The notes under the pieces: model-generated
Database searches by the model: none
What the model saw: only the letters and a program-made list of their open reading frames with translations
Told to the model about the DNA's origin: nothing
Position numbers and translations under genes: made by a program
Shown: one piece after another, positions 25,850 to 37,815 of the stretch
Numbering within the stretch: position 1 is the stretch's first letter
How the letters are laid out: every line of letters begins with the position of its first letter
Assembly (NCBI GenBank): GCA_964016885.1
Contig: OZ024743.1
Location: 101,556,001-101,620,000, forward strand
Source: Eledone cirrhosa
Taxonomy: Eukaryota
Length of the DNA stretch: 64,000 bases
Reading direction: 5' to 3'

Positions 25850-26960
25850 CGTCGTCGTCGTCTTCTTCTTCTCAGGATTGTCGCGGTAGTAGAGTCCTCA
25901 AGCACGCATTCCAACGGGTCCTGTCCGAAGCAACTGTCTCCAATTGATCCGGCTGGATCCCAAAGCGATACCATGGATGTTATCCAACCATCTTACTCCC
26001 GGTCTATCCCTGGGCCTCAACCCAGTTGGTTCTTCCCGTAAAACTTGTCCAGTAATTCTTTCCTGAGACATTCTAAACTCATTCCTGTACTATCGGAGTT
26101 ATAATCTCTGAATTTCGGAGAAGCAGCAGCTCGACCTGGAGAGACTCACTGATCTTCGAGCAACGTACTCTATTGAGTAACGTTTGGAGGAACCTCTTTT
26201 CGGCCGCTTGCATTCGCGACCATATTCTCTCGGTCACGAATACCGAATTAAAGGTAGTGAGTTTGGCTTTTACACTGATTTCACTTCATCTGATGACTCA
26301 ATGCTGAAACTGGCGCATTGCTGCACCAGCTCCTGCAATTCTTTCACTTAATTCAGCCTTCCACCAGTCATAAATATGGCCCTGAGATACTTGAACATCT
26401 CCACCTGCTTCAGTGGAACTCTATTCAAATGGAGAGTGCACCGCACAGGTTTCATTGAGAGGACAAGTATCTCAGTTTTCGCATCGATGATTTTCATTCT
26501 TGGTGTGCAGCACTCGATAGCAAACCTATCAGGTCCATGTTGGAGATCAGCTTCTGACGAGTTAAGTATTACCAGGTCGTTTGCAAATTCCAGCCGACGG
26601 ATTCTACAAATGCCAGCCTTCATACCACTTCCAGCGTGGCTGCGCATGTCAATCCTCTCCATGAAGATTATGAAGAGGAAAGGTGACAGTACATTTCCTT
26701 CGCAAAATCCGTCACCCACATTGAATGGTTTCAATTTTGCCCCATCTATTCGAACAAATATTAGGGCATACATATTGAATCATCAGGGAAGAAGAATTTG
26801 TCTATCCATCCCTTACTTCTGAAGTCATTTACCTTTTCGCTGTTTACGAAACAAGTTTACATCTCTTGGCAATACTCCCACGATATCTCAAATATTTGCT
26901 CGGTTGTGCTGCGTCCGGGGTGAAACTCAACACAGTTCGTCAGTTTGCTTGGACTCGCCA
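25848..26960 (-). mobile_element. 5'-truncated, decayed RTE-clade LINE (Rex3/Expander-like)
   Basis: RT motifs PGRSTTEQIF, EGNVLSPFLFIIFM, LEFANDLVIL and QVEMFKYL. C-terminus PTGLRPRDRPGVRWLD...WNACLRTLLPRQS*, stop at ~25872, followed by a (GAA)n(GAC)n tail abutting the telomeric array. Confidence 0.9.
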
Positions 26961-27189
26961 ATATATCTCCAATGTTATGATATTGTAATAGTTAAAACGA
27001 ATTTATGTCATGCTATGAAATCTTTCAGACTTAATTATCTTTTCTTCAATAATCTATTTGAAAGATGTAAAATGTTCTCTAGAACAATTCACGTGCACAA
27101 ACGAATAATTGAATTTGTTTAAAGTTTGGCAATCTACTCAATCTCACAGGCATACAGACAGGAGTAGTCATATGAAAAAGCAACCCCCC

Positions 27190-27208
27190 CCACACACACG
27201 CAAACACT

Positions 27209-27252
<44 letters not shown>

Positions 27253-27291
27253 AACACTCATACACACACACACACACGCACACGCACACAC

Positions 27292-27326
<35 letters not shown>
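27190..27326. repeat. (CA)n microsatellite, imperfect
   Basis: Direct reading. Confidence 0.95.
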
Positions 27327-27329
27327 TAA

Positions 27330-29265
27330 ATACGTGTAAATAGAAGGAAAACCGGTAACAACAATAAAATGAATAACAACACAATTCACCAACAGAGGGG
27401 AGAATCACCCAGGGGTAGTATAGGAATCCTACAGATCCGGAACTACCTTAGTCGCCAAGGGATATGCCGACCATTATTAATGTTCTGGCACTTTAAACCT
27501 CCTGGTTTCAAAGATTTCTCCTCTTTCCCGATAACTTCACTTCCTGTTATGGAAGACATTAGTTCTTGGTTTGCCTTCCACAGTAACACAGATTTTGGTA
27601 TTTGCGTGGTTGTTTGCTGGTGTGTCAGTGTCCTTTCTTTTTGGTGTGGTTATGGTAGTGTTGATTGTAGTGCCGATGCTGATTGTTTTGTTAGCTGGGG
27701 TGTTGGGGTCGTTGGTGTTGTTGCAGGCGTGTGTGTTTATTGTGGGTGTGTGTATTGTGTTTTCTGGAGTGTGTTGGTCTATGGCAGAGTGTTTGATTTT
27801 TGTGTCGTTTTTGTTGTTGCTTTTTTGTTTTTGTGATTCCTCTTCTTCTTTACTGGGAGATGAGGAGCTGTTTGTGTTTTTGTGTGTGTGTATTTCTTTA
27901 GAGTGGGTGGAGAGTGAGGTAGAGGGAGAGTCTTTTTTGCAGACATCCTGGGTTGTTTTGCTGGGTCTTGCTGTTGTTGGTGGTGGTATGTCTGTTGCTA
28001 CTGTTGGTGTTGTTGTTGGTTTTGCAGTTGCTGTTGCTGCAGTTGTCGTTACTGTTACTAGAATAGGTGACATTGTTGTTCTTTGTCCCTTGTGCTCCTG
28101 TTGTTGGGACGCTGTTGTTGACAGTAATGATGTTCTGTAGAGGACAGAAAGCTCTTAGGTAGGTGGTTTCCCTACATAGATGACACCTACATTTATGACC
28201 ACACGTAACTCCACGTCACTAGGAAGGTAAGTTAGGTCTGGAATCTTGTCAATTTCTCTCGTTTGATATGGAGCAGTATTTCCAGATTGATGTCAGATCT
28301 GTTCTCTCTCCGGGTCCTCTTTACTTCCAGGAGAGTTTCACGATGCATGTTAAAACCGAGCAGATGTCTAATTCTGGTGGTATCCAAGCAATTCGGATCT
28401 TCATCGTCCTTCTTCCCACATAAGACAGGAAAGTTATGAATTAGTCCGTTTTATAAGGGACCAGTACTTCTTTGCAAGGGCCTCGCTTTTGAAGAGTACC
28501 GAGATGTGTCAAACTGCTTGGCTCTTGCAACATGTTATATATCTGGCATCAAGTTCTTCAGACCTGCCTCCATGTGGGATTGCGAGGTTAGCTCCGACTT
28601 TTTGGACTTGATGCCGATACACCTGCACGTTAAGGATTTTCTTTCCGCCGCTGCTAGCACATCAGGCGGAACACTTATGTTGGCCCAGGTTTTGTCAACT
28701 GTGACAAGTTTTACTGGTTAAGTACATCATGAATAGTTCCATAGTTTTCGCAGCCGTTGCTACGAACGTGCTTTTGTAGTTGTTCTTGTTGCCGTTGTTA
28801 CTGTTGTTGTTGTTGCCGTTGTTGTTACTTCTGTTCCTATTTTTGATGTTGTTATTGTCGTTGCTGTTGTTACTGCTGTTATTGTTGACGTTGTTTTTGG
28901 CGACGTTGCTTTTGTTGCTGATGTCTATAGTGGCAGTGATGACATTGTTAATATTAATCTTTAGATTCCATCCCGAATTGGTCTCAGAACGCACGCTTTT
29001 CCAGAGGAAAATCTAGCTGAATTTAGACGGTTGTGTAACCTCTATTTTCAAAAGTATAGTGTACGTGCATTAAATTTTAAAATTGAAATATTTGGAACAA
29101 AGATCCAAGTATTATAGGGTCTCTCTTCGCGAGAGCAAAAAACTGATGCCTTATGTCCCTCTTTGCAACAAAAAACAACTATAACAATACCAATTCAAAC
29201 AATTGAAAAACAACAAACTTACAAGAGCGATCTACATTGCTCGTCAAGAAACGAATGATCAAAAT
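27330..29265 (-). mobile_element. ORF1(gag)-only non-autonomous Tx1/L1-like element, frameshifted
   Basis: Asn-rich N-terminus. SYVGRRTMKIRIAWIPP (~28375-28430) matches SYCGQRLVNIRVTHVPP in the neighbouring Tx1 ORF1. Knuckle CHLCRETTYLRAFCP (~28140-28186) matches CVVCGEGTHLKAFCP. Thr-rich tail, no APE/RT. The 5' boundary is uncertain. Confidence 0.7.
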
Positions 29266-29280
29266 ACCACCACCACCACC

Positions 29281-29356
29281 ACTCAAATCATAAAGAGCCG
29301 TAACTCTATGCTGCAAAACATGACGTCCGACCCTCTACCGAAACTGCCAATCCACC
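29281..29356 (-). mobile_element. tRNA-derived SINE, head fragment
   Basis: Reverse complement begins GGTGGATTGGCAGTTTCGGTAGA (A-box-like); similar to copies at ~38740-38820 and ~61745-61800. Confidence 0.65.

Positions 29357-29390
<34 letters not shown>
29357..29390. repeat. (AAT)n microsatellite at the Tx1 3' end
   Basis: Direct reading. Confidence 0.95.
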
Positions 29391-29391
<1 letters not shown>

Positions 29392-29656
29392 CTTTCTTTA
29401 TTAACCACAAAGGTTTACATAAAGTAGACATTAAGGACAGTACAGGACAATATAGGACGGTACAAATGGGCATTTCAGCGTGTAAAAAACAAAAACAAAG
29501 GATGTAACAAAAAAATAATAATGAAAAATTCCCCAATAGGAGGGGTGGGGGGTGGGGTGAGACTTCTGACGGACATTCGTGGAGAAAGCCCATTAAAAAG
29601 CCACAGTGACCCTGACCACCAGGGCAAGTGCCCTCTCCCAGTTTTCCACCTTTAAT

Positions 29657-32600
29657 TTACAGACACATACTCAGAGTAGGTCCATTCACTCGGGCCATAC
29701 TAGCCTCTCTCACCCATCTTTCAACAAAATGCTGGGAAGAGAGCACTCCCCTCTCTACCCTGATTTACCTTTTCAAATGAAATTTGAAACAGTTAATCAG
29801 GGCATCACCGAAGAGGTAAGTGCTCGTCTTCAGCCCTTTCAAACGTGTCCACCATACTATCTCTTTCGCCATGGCCACCAGACAGATAAAAAATGCCTGC
29901 CCTTCCCGGCTAAAGGAAGAGGGCGGGGCAATCCTCACGATGGACTCAGCTGATAGCTGGTTCTGTCCTACACGCGACAGCAGGTGTTCGACATAAACCC
30001 ACAAGTCAACAATGCTCGGACACTGGAAGAGTGCGTGCAGGACGGTTTCGTCGCCCTGCGCGCATCTCGGACATGCCCGGTTGACGGCACCTCCATGCCT
30101 GTAGAGTTTATCCTGAACTGGCAAAGCTCCTCGGTAGCACTGCCAGGCCAGGGATTTCGGGAAGTTGTCCATAGGCCCCGGCCCGAAAGTTCTTCCGAAG
30201 AGATTGGCTAGTTGATTTTCGTCGATGCCTAGAGTTTCCCCAAGTACGTCGTCGCTCTTCCCCTCCACTAATCCTCTATAGAATGCCAAGGTGGAGTTTC
30301 CATCGATCACATTGCCCGATTGGTCGAGGGCTGTGAGCGCCTGAAGACATTCCAGTCTCCAAGCGCCCACTCTCGGTCTTCGCTTGACCCAGGACTGCAG
30401 CTCCGTCAAGGAGTCGAGCTAGGGAAAGACGCATCTAGCAAACGGCGACCACACCTGATCACCGTCGAGGAAGAGGTGGAGATGTCGTAGCCTGAGCGCG
30501 TGTCTGCGCATCATCAGCCACGGCATGCCCAGCCCTCCACGTAGCGGGTGTTGACAGCAGATGGACCGCCTGACCATGGGAGCGCGTCCCTTCCATAAAA
30601 AGCCAAAGAGCAAACGCTCCAGCGCAGTCAGGCGAGGCTGAGGACAAGGCACGACGGTCAGGCGGTAGTAGATGACGGACGCGATGTATGCGTTAGCCAC
30701 CTGCGCTCGAACCTATCCCTTTCAGGGATAGCTTCCTCTCCGCCCATTTCTGGGTGAGAGAAGCCACCCTGCTAGTCAACCTCGTCCCAGCCTTTGTCCG
30801 TCTGGAGGTCCGGACCGAACCAGATTCCTAGCAATTTAACCGGTCCGTCCGTCGAGCGCCCGACGACGCTGTTGGACGGCATGGACATGCCTCTCCAGGT
30901 GCCGAGTTGCAGGCCCACTGACTTTTCCTGCTTGATCATTGCTCCTGTCACCACTTCGTATTCTGTTAGTGTAGTGCCGATCGCCTCCATGTGTTTGGTG
31001 TTCGACACCATTACGGTGACATCGTCCGCATATGCTGACACGGATATTCCGCATCCTAGTTCGCGCGGAACCCCCCTCAACGTCTCCAGTTTGTGCAGTA
31101 ATGGCTCGCGAGTCAATACGTACAACAGCGATGAGAGGGGACATCTTTGGCGGACCGAGCGCATGATGCTGAACGGTTCCGAAAGGTGACCGTTCAATCT
31201 CACGACAGAGCAGATGTCGCTGTGCATGGCAGAGATCCAGCCTCTGAAGACGGGCCCCAAATCAGCCGCCCTCATGACTGCCGCCAGGTAACGATGGTCG
31301 ACCCTATCGAAAGCTTTCAACTGATCTAAATTGGACCCACCCGTGCCACGTTCCCTAGTTACCATCTCCACGATGTATCGCATGAGGTGGAGGTTGTCGT
31401 GAATGGATATGTCGGGAATGGCGCATGTCTGCGCCTCTCCCACCAGACCACCAACGACAAGCGCCAACCTCTTTGCTAGCACCTTAGCCAAAATCATGAA
31501 CTCTGTGTTTAGCAGAGTTATGGGCCTGAAATTATCTATGTTATCCCCCCTTGTTCGGATCCTTTCTCAGCAGTGCCACCGCTCCTCGGCTCACAGAGCT
31601 GGGAATTCTCCAGTTCTGTTGCCAGTTGCAGTAGACGTCCGCCAAGAGGCCTCCGAACAAGTCTGGCATCTGTACGTAAAGTTCATAGGGCAGACCATCC
31701 AAACCAGGCGATTTACCCCTTGTGCAGCCAGTCATTGCCTCCCGTATTTCAGCGGCTGTTATCGGCTTTTCGCAACACTCCGCCTCAGTGGCCGAGAGCC
31801 GCGGCATTGCGTCGAGGTAGACACTAAAGCCCATCCCTCGATCCGGCCCGCCGCTTCCCCCGAACAGCTGAGCGAAGTGTTGCTGAAAAGCTACACACAT
31901 TTTCCCGGGATCGAGTAGCATGCACCCGTAGTGGTCCACCAAAGACCGTATCGTGGCTTTGTTGCCACGACGCGCCTCCGCCACTCGGGCCCATTGAACG
32001 GCTTTCGTCCCCTTGTGTCTGAGAGCACGCACCCTAGCTCTGACAACGCAGCCTTCGTGCGTTGCCTTGAAGAATTGGTCAAGGGCCAATTTCGCCGCAA
32101 GTACGTCGGTCGCGATGCCTTTGCTAAGCGCCTCGTCTAATTTTCTAACTAGTTCTCCCTCTGCTCTATTTTTCTCTATTGCTAAAGCCTTACTAAACCT
32201 AATGGACTCTATTCTAATCGCTTGTTGTTGACGATGGCCCCCGTCAACGCCCGCTTAACTAGTTCGCTAATCCGGTCTCTGTAGGCCTTGCGCGCTGGTA
32301 AGGACGCGTTTAGCTTCCAGTAGCCAGGTCCTTGTCTATGAAGCCTATCTATGTCAACCACACAGATCACGAATTTATGGTCCGTGTAGCTGACTATCTT
32401 GAATTGTGGACAGCCTATGCTAGACCTATCTATTTCCCTACAAAATTCTCTATCTAGATATGATCTGGATGACCCTATGCGGTTTGTCCAAGTCCACATT
32501 GGCACATTCGGGAAATCCAATCGGTACCTATCAAACAGTTCAAAACGCCTGAGCAAGTTGGTGAGGTTCTTGCACCCTCCTCCCCTATCCGCTAATCGTG

Positions 32601-33059
32601 CATCTAAGATCCCGTTCCAGTCGCCCAGCGTGCATCTAAGATCCCGTTCCAGTCGCCCACTAACACTAAACAGCGGGATGTTCCAAGAAAGGTCTCCATA
32701 CGCCGGAAGAAATCAGGCAGCCCTGCTCCTGTGGGGGAATAGACGGCCACTAGCCTGAAAGCTGGTCAGGTCCAGCACCATCAACTTACCTTCTGGGTCC
32801 ATGAAGATGGCCTGTATGGCGAGATCCAAACCTCTCTGAAAAAGCACAGCAACTCCTACCCCCGATCCAGGACGGCTGGGAGATGCGTACACATCGTAGC
32901 CACCGAAGATCGGTGCGAAAGCCCGTGCTTCGGAGATTCTGGTCTCGCTGATGGCCACTACATCTATGTTTAGTGACCTGAGGTCGTGAGCAGGTGGCCC
33001 TGCTTCCATGACGACCCCAAGCCACGCGTATTTATGCTGCCTATTCTGAGTGAGGTCAT
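29657..33059 (-). pseudogene. Tx1 ORF2 (APE endonuclease, reverse transcriptase, C-terminal zinc knuckle), multiple frameshifts and stops
   Basis: MTSLRIGSINTRGL..DVVAISET; SYLDR; SYTDHK; GPGYWKLN; GKSPGLDGLPYELY; LDQLKAFDRVDH; VRQRCPLSSLLY; SAYADD; GGLGMP; CPRCAQGDETVLHALFQC. Ends FVERWVRE..TLSMCL*. Confidence 0.92.
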
Positions 33060-33093
33060 GTTGAAAAGGAGTGGAAAAGATGGGAAAGACCAC

Positions 33094-34610
33094 TTACCTT
33101 ACTTCTCGCAGAGGAAGGATGGTTTCTCCATCCTTTTCACTGCTTGTGGCCTCCTCCGGAAGGATGTCCTTATAAATCCTCCTTGTCGGAAGTCTCCGAT
33201 GTCTTTGGGGAAGTTTTGTTTTAGTGTCGTGTACGTTTTCTGTGTGATGCGAGTGATTTGTATGTGTGGAGGTGGTGTGAACGTTTTGGGTGTTGTGTAA
33301 TCTTTTTCTGTGATGCTGGTGATGATGTTGGTGTTTGTGGTGATGTGGTTGGTGATGCTGGTGTGGATGGTGGCATAGCGGTCCTAACTTTTTTGTTTGT
33401 TTGTTTATTTGTTTCTCCCTGTATTTTGTTTTTGGAGGGGGAAGGAAGAGGATTTTTTCATTTTTGGGTTCTTTTTCTTTTTTCTTTTTCCCTGATACAG
33501 TTTCCCACTCCTCGTCGTCACAATCTGTCTCCAGTTGCGATAGGTCGGGGAGTGGAAAATCCTCCACAGGCGTTGGTTTTGGTTGTGACGTGGTGGATGG
33601 TGGAGGCGCCGGTGCTAGTTCTAGCACGGTGGGTGGTGGTGTTGGTTTTGCTACTGTTGCTGGGGTTGTTGCTGCTACAGTTGCACCTGTTGTTGCTGCT
33701 ACAGTTGTTGCTGCCATGTCTGCTTCTGGTGGTGTTGATGGTTGAGTCACTGGGGTGGGTAAGAGAGGTGGCCTCAACTATTTAGCCTGAGGGCAGAAAG
33801 CCTTTAGGTGGGTTCCTTCACCACAAACGACACAGCTAGGCCTTCTACCCTCAACGATTACGGTGAGGTGGCTGCCGTCAGTGAGGTCTATCACCTCTGG
33901 GATTTCCTAAATGCTTTTTTGGTCCGCTTGGATCAGAAGCTCCATCTCAGATCCGGATCAGTTCTCCTGCTTTTCTTTTGTTATTTCAATTATTTTGGTG
34001 TTGGCATCGATGCCGGAGAGGACGGCAGCCATTAGCCAGGGAATTTCGGTGGCCGGTGGAACGTGGGTCACCCTGATGTTCACGAGTCTCTGGCCACAAT
34101 AGCTTGGGACGAGTGTGAAGTCGTCGCTTCTTAATGGGGCCATGGAGTGCTCTCTGTCTCCCTGTGGTGTTCCAAAGAACACGTCCACGGTTCCATATTT
34201 CTGCCCACGTCTGATGTGGGTTTTTTCGCCCATACGTGTCCCAAAGCTTTTTGTATTTGGGACTCGGATGCCCGTTCCACTCGGCATGATTTTGTGTTTA
34301 TCGTCCGATAAGACACGGTGCATAGGCGCCGATGCTCCATTTTATTAGGTTGGGGGAGGGGGGGGGGGGGGGCTGAGGGGCTGAGACTGACCCTGTACCC
34401 ATCTTTTTTTACCATTCTCTTGGCTTCATTTAATTCATCCTGGCTTACCTGGATTGTTTCGCTTTTCTTGGGTGCTTTGGCAAACGACACATTTGCGCTG
34501 GTGTTGATGTTTTTGTTGTTATTCTCATTGTTATTGTTGCTGTTGTTGTTATTGTTATTTTTGTTATTGTTATTTTTAGTTTCAGTTGTGGTGGTGGTGG
34601 CGTCAGTGGT
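33094..34610 (-). pseudogene. Tx1 ORF1 (gag-like RNA-binding protein), frameshifted, start codon not seen
   Basis: Asn/Thr-rich N-terminus, RRM-like GQKYGTVDVFF...PSYCGQRLVNIRVTHVPP, knuckle VIVEGRRPSCVVCGEGTHLKAFCP (~33790-33860), Pro/Thr-rich linker and WETVSGKKKK. Confidence 0.8.
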
Positions 34611-34901
34611 GCTTTATTTATTAACCACAAGGGTTTACACAAAGTAGACATTAATGACAGTACAGGACAATACAGGACGGTACAAATGGGCATTTCTGCG
34701 TGTAAAAAAACCCCAGAGGATGTAACAAAAAAAGAACCATGAAAAATTCCCCAATAGGGGGGAGACTTCTGAGGGCCATCGTGGAGAAAGCCCATTAAAA
34801 AAGCCACGGTGATCCAGACCACCAGGGCAGGTGCCCTCTCCCAGTTTTCCACCTTCAATTTACAGGCATATACTCAGAGTACGTCCATTCACTCGGGTCA
34901 T
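34611..34901 (-). repeat. Direct repeat of the Tx1 3' end (last ~13 ORF2 codons plus 3' UTR; copy of 29391-29698)
   Basis: Both copies start GCTTT(C/A)TTTATTAACCACAA and run colinearly to TCCATTCACTCGGG(C/T)CAT, with scattered substitutions and indels. Confidence 0.95.
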
Positions 34902-34902
34902 T

Positions 34903-34905
<3 letters not shown>

Positions 34906-34997
<92 letters not shown>
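34906..34997. repeat. (AAT)n microsatellite, probably a SINE tail
   Basis: Direct reading. Confidence 0.95.
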
Positions 34998-34998
<1 letters not shown>

Positions 34999-35100
34999 TG
35001 TTTCTACTTTTGGCACAAGGCCAACAATTACCCAGTGCATTACTGCTAATTTATTTTATCGACCCCGTAGGATGAAAGGCAAAGTTAACCTCGGCGGGAT
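34998..35100 (-). mobile_element. SINE 3' half (core GCCTTTCATCCT..GGGGTCGATAAAATAA)
   Basis: Closely similar to 61636-61740. Confidence 0.75.
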
Positions 35101-35113
35101 TAATAATAATAAT

Positions 35114-36422
35114 AAAAAGAAATTGACACTGAAGAGGGGTACAAATATTTAGGTGTTCTGGAGGCAGATGATATCAAGAACAAAAAATGAAGGAATTGAT
35201 AAGATCTGTATACATAAGGAGAGTAAGGAACATACTAAAATCACATCTAAATAGTAGGAATGTCATAAGTGCAGTAAATTCCCGAGCTGTGTCTATTATT
35301 AGATACAGAGCGGGAATTCTGAAATGGAATGTTGCTGAACAAAAAGAAATGGATAGGAAGACTTGGAAGCTAATGACTATCTACAATATGTTCCACAAGA
35401 TGAGTGATGTCGATAGACTCTACTTAAAGAGATCTGAAGCTGGAAGAGGTCTTATCAGCATAGAGGACTGTGTTCAGATGGAGAAAAACAACCTGCACAA
35501 ATATGTGGCTGACAGCAGGGAGCCAATGCTCAAAATTGTACTGAAGGAGAAGACAATAGACCAGGGGATGTCCAAGGAGGAAATAACAACAAGGAGGAAG
35601 AGCAACCTTCATGAAAAATCCCTTCATAGCACCTTCTTTAAGAAAACAGAATTCAGAGACCCACAGACCTGGAAGAGGAGACCTTAAAAAAGGAATGCTA
35701 ATGGCTGCGCAAGAGCAAGCCCTCAGAACGAAGTGGGTGAAACACCATATTTACAAGGAGGAGGCTAGCTCACTGTGTAGGATCTGTGGAAAGAGAGAGG
35801 AGAATGTGGCTCACATTGTATCCGAGTGTAAACACCTAGCCCAGACTCACTATAAAGGCTGGAGACATGATGTGATGGGCAGGGTGATTCACTGGCATCT
35901 ACGCAAACTAAACAATTTACCACATTCTGAGAAGTGGTATGAGCATAAGCCAGAGGCGGTGATAGAAAACGATCAGGTGAAGGTGCTATTGGATTTTAGG
36001 TTACAGACGGACAAGAAATTAGAACACAATAGGCCTGACCTGGTGGTTTTGGACAAGGAAAAAAGATCGTGCCTGATTGTAGATGCAGCATGTCCCTTTG
36101 ACACGAGAGTGCAAGAAAAGGAGAGGTAGAAAATTAACCGATACCAGGATTTAAAGTGGGAGTTAAAAAGGATTTGGAACTGCCATGAGATCAAGGTCAT
36201 CCCGATTGTCATAAGAGCACTAGGTACTATCTCTCTCAAAGAGTTTCCAAGGATGGTTAAAGAAGATTAGTCCAGCCCCGCTTTTTGGAACACTTCAAAA
36301 GGCATGCTTGCTGGGAACAGCAAGAACCCTCCGATACGTCCTGAATGTCTGAGGCTGGAGGTAGCGGCTTGATATTTATTTCAACAAACTTTCCAGGTAA
36401 ATAACATCAATGACTGAGACTC
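35114..36422 (+). mobile_element. 5'-truncated Dong/R4-clade LINE (RT C-terminus, zinc knuckle, restriction-like endonuclease)
   Basis: YKYLG; DVDRLYLKRSEAGRGL; AAQEQALRT; CRICGKREENVAHIVSEC; RHD; NRPDLVVLD..DAACP; LQKACLLGTARTLR. Flanked by (AAT)n on both sides. Confidence 0.92.
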
Positions 36423-36779
36423 AAATAATAATAATAATAATAATAACTCTACTAATAATAAAAATTATCATGGCAGAACAGTAAATTATGATTAAAGAAA
36501 TTTTTATTGATTTAAAATGAAATTGGTTGATTTTTCCCATTTGTAGATAAATAGAAAGGAGAATAAATATACTGAAATCGAAATTACAATTTTGACATGA
36601 TGTTCAATGAAAATGTTCACTGGATATTCTATTTTTTTCTGCATCTATAAAATGTTTAATTTCAATTTCGTACGTGATATGACATAATGAAATTGATGTT
36701 CAAACTACAAACTATCACGAAATAACTGGATATCATATCGCCAGAAGTGATCGATTCCTCAGGACAGGAATATAGTTGT

Positions 36780-36815
36780 GCTTTTGTTTATTTGTTTGTT
36801 TGTATGTGTGTGTGA

Positions 36816-36847
<32 letters not shown>

Positions 36848-36919
36848 TGTATATACATATATATGTATATTGTATATTTATATATATATAAATATATATA
36901 TATATATGCATACACACAT

Positions 36920-36962
<43 letters not shown>

Positions 36963-37100
36963 CATATATATATATACATATATATATATACATATATATA
37001 TTTATAAATTCGAACACAATACATGCATAATAATAATACACCCACACATACCCCCCCCCAACACACACACATGTATATATAGGTATATATATATATATAT
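36780..37100. repeat. Compound TG/TA/CA microsatellite block
   Basis: Direct reading. Confidence 0.9.
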
Positions 37101-37529
37101 AGTTACTTGTATGTGATTTTATACTACCAAAGAATGAACCCTCGATATGTAAACATAGCGGCAATAGTAATAGAAGAAAAAAAAAGAAAAAAAACTGCTA
37201 GTATCATGGACATTATTAGTAAAGGCACGCATTCTCCATCTACACAATTTGTATGTGCGTCATGTTGTCTAATCATCCACGCATTTATTTATATTTACCG
37301 AGAAATCGTTTCATTTTCGTTTCTTCAAGATATAGTGGAGTAATACCTCTGCAGAAGAAGACCTAATAACACTTTAACTTGTCCATATTTGTCTGCTTTA
37401 CATGTTGGAAAAAATAGCCCATCATGTTATTAATTTCCCTTCTCAATGTACATTTGAACTTACGTTAGTTTTCTAATTATACTTGGAATTATATCTGCCT
37501 ATAGTAGTATATGATTTGATAAGTGAGTA

Positions 37530-37815
37530 GTAGGCAGAGTCGTTAGAATGGGAGATAGATTGCTTTATTCTCTCCGTTTAGTCTCTCCGTGCTCTGGCTT
37601 CAAATACAGACGAGGTCAACTTTACCGTTTATCTTTCGAGGTCAATAAGAGTACCAGCCCAGTACTGTCTTCCTCTATATCCCTTTTTCATTTCCTCTCT
37701 CTCCCCCCCTCCCTCCTTCTCTTTAAGGAATCAGCTATGTTCAGACCGGGAGAGGAGATAGGCTCCGCCAGGTTTAAAATTCCCAAGACACACTGTATGT
37801 TACTACGGTGCCATA
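37530..37815 (+). mobile_element. tRNA-derived SINE, long form with pyrimidine tract and 3' extension
   Basis: TAGGCAGAGTCGTTAG (A box) ... GGCTTCAAATAC (B box) ... GAGGTCAACTTT core. The 3' part CTCCGCCAGGTTTAAAA matches the reverse complement of 38590-38610 and 63028-63045. Confidence 0.65.

Larger units (their letters stand above)
29391..34610 (-). mobile_element. Near full-length decayed Tx1-clade (L1 group) non-LTR retrotransposon
   Basis: ORF1 with CCHC knuckle, ORF2 with APE, RT and CCHC, and a 3' UTR ending AATAAAGAAAGC then (ATT)n. Confidence 0.92.

Noticed and set aside
1289-25947. Dozens of LGLG/VRVR ORFs
   Set aside because: Translation artefacts of the TTAGGG frames; no evidence of coding.
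29391-34901. LTR retrotransposon
   Set aside because: The repeats lack TG..CA ends, PBS and PPT. The ORF has an APE plus non-LTR RT and no integrase or protease.
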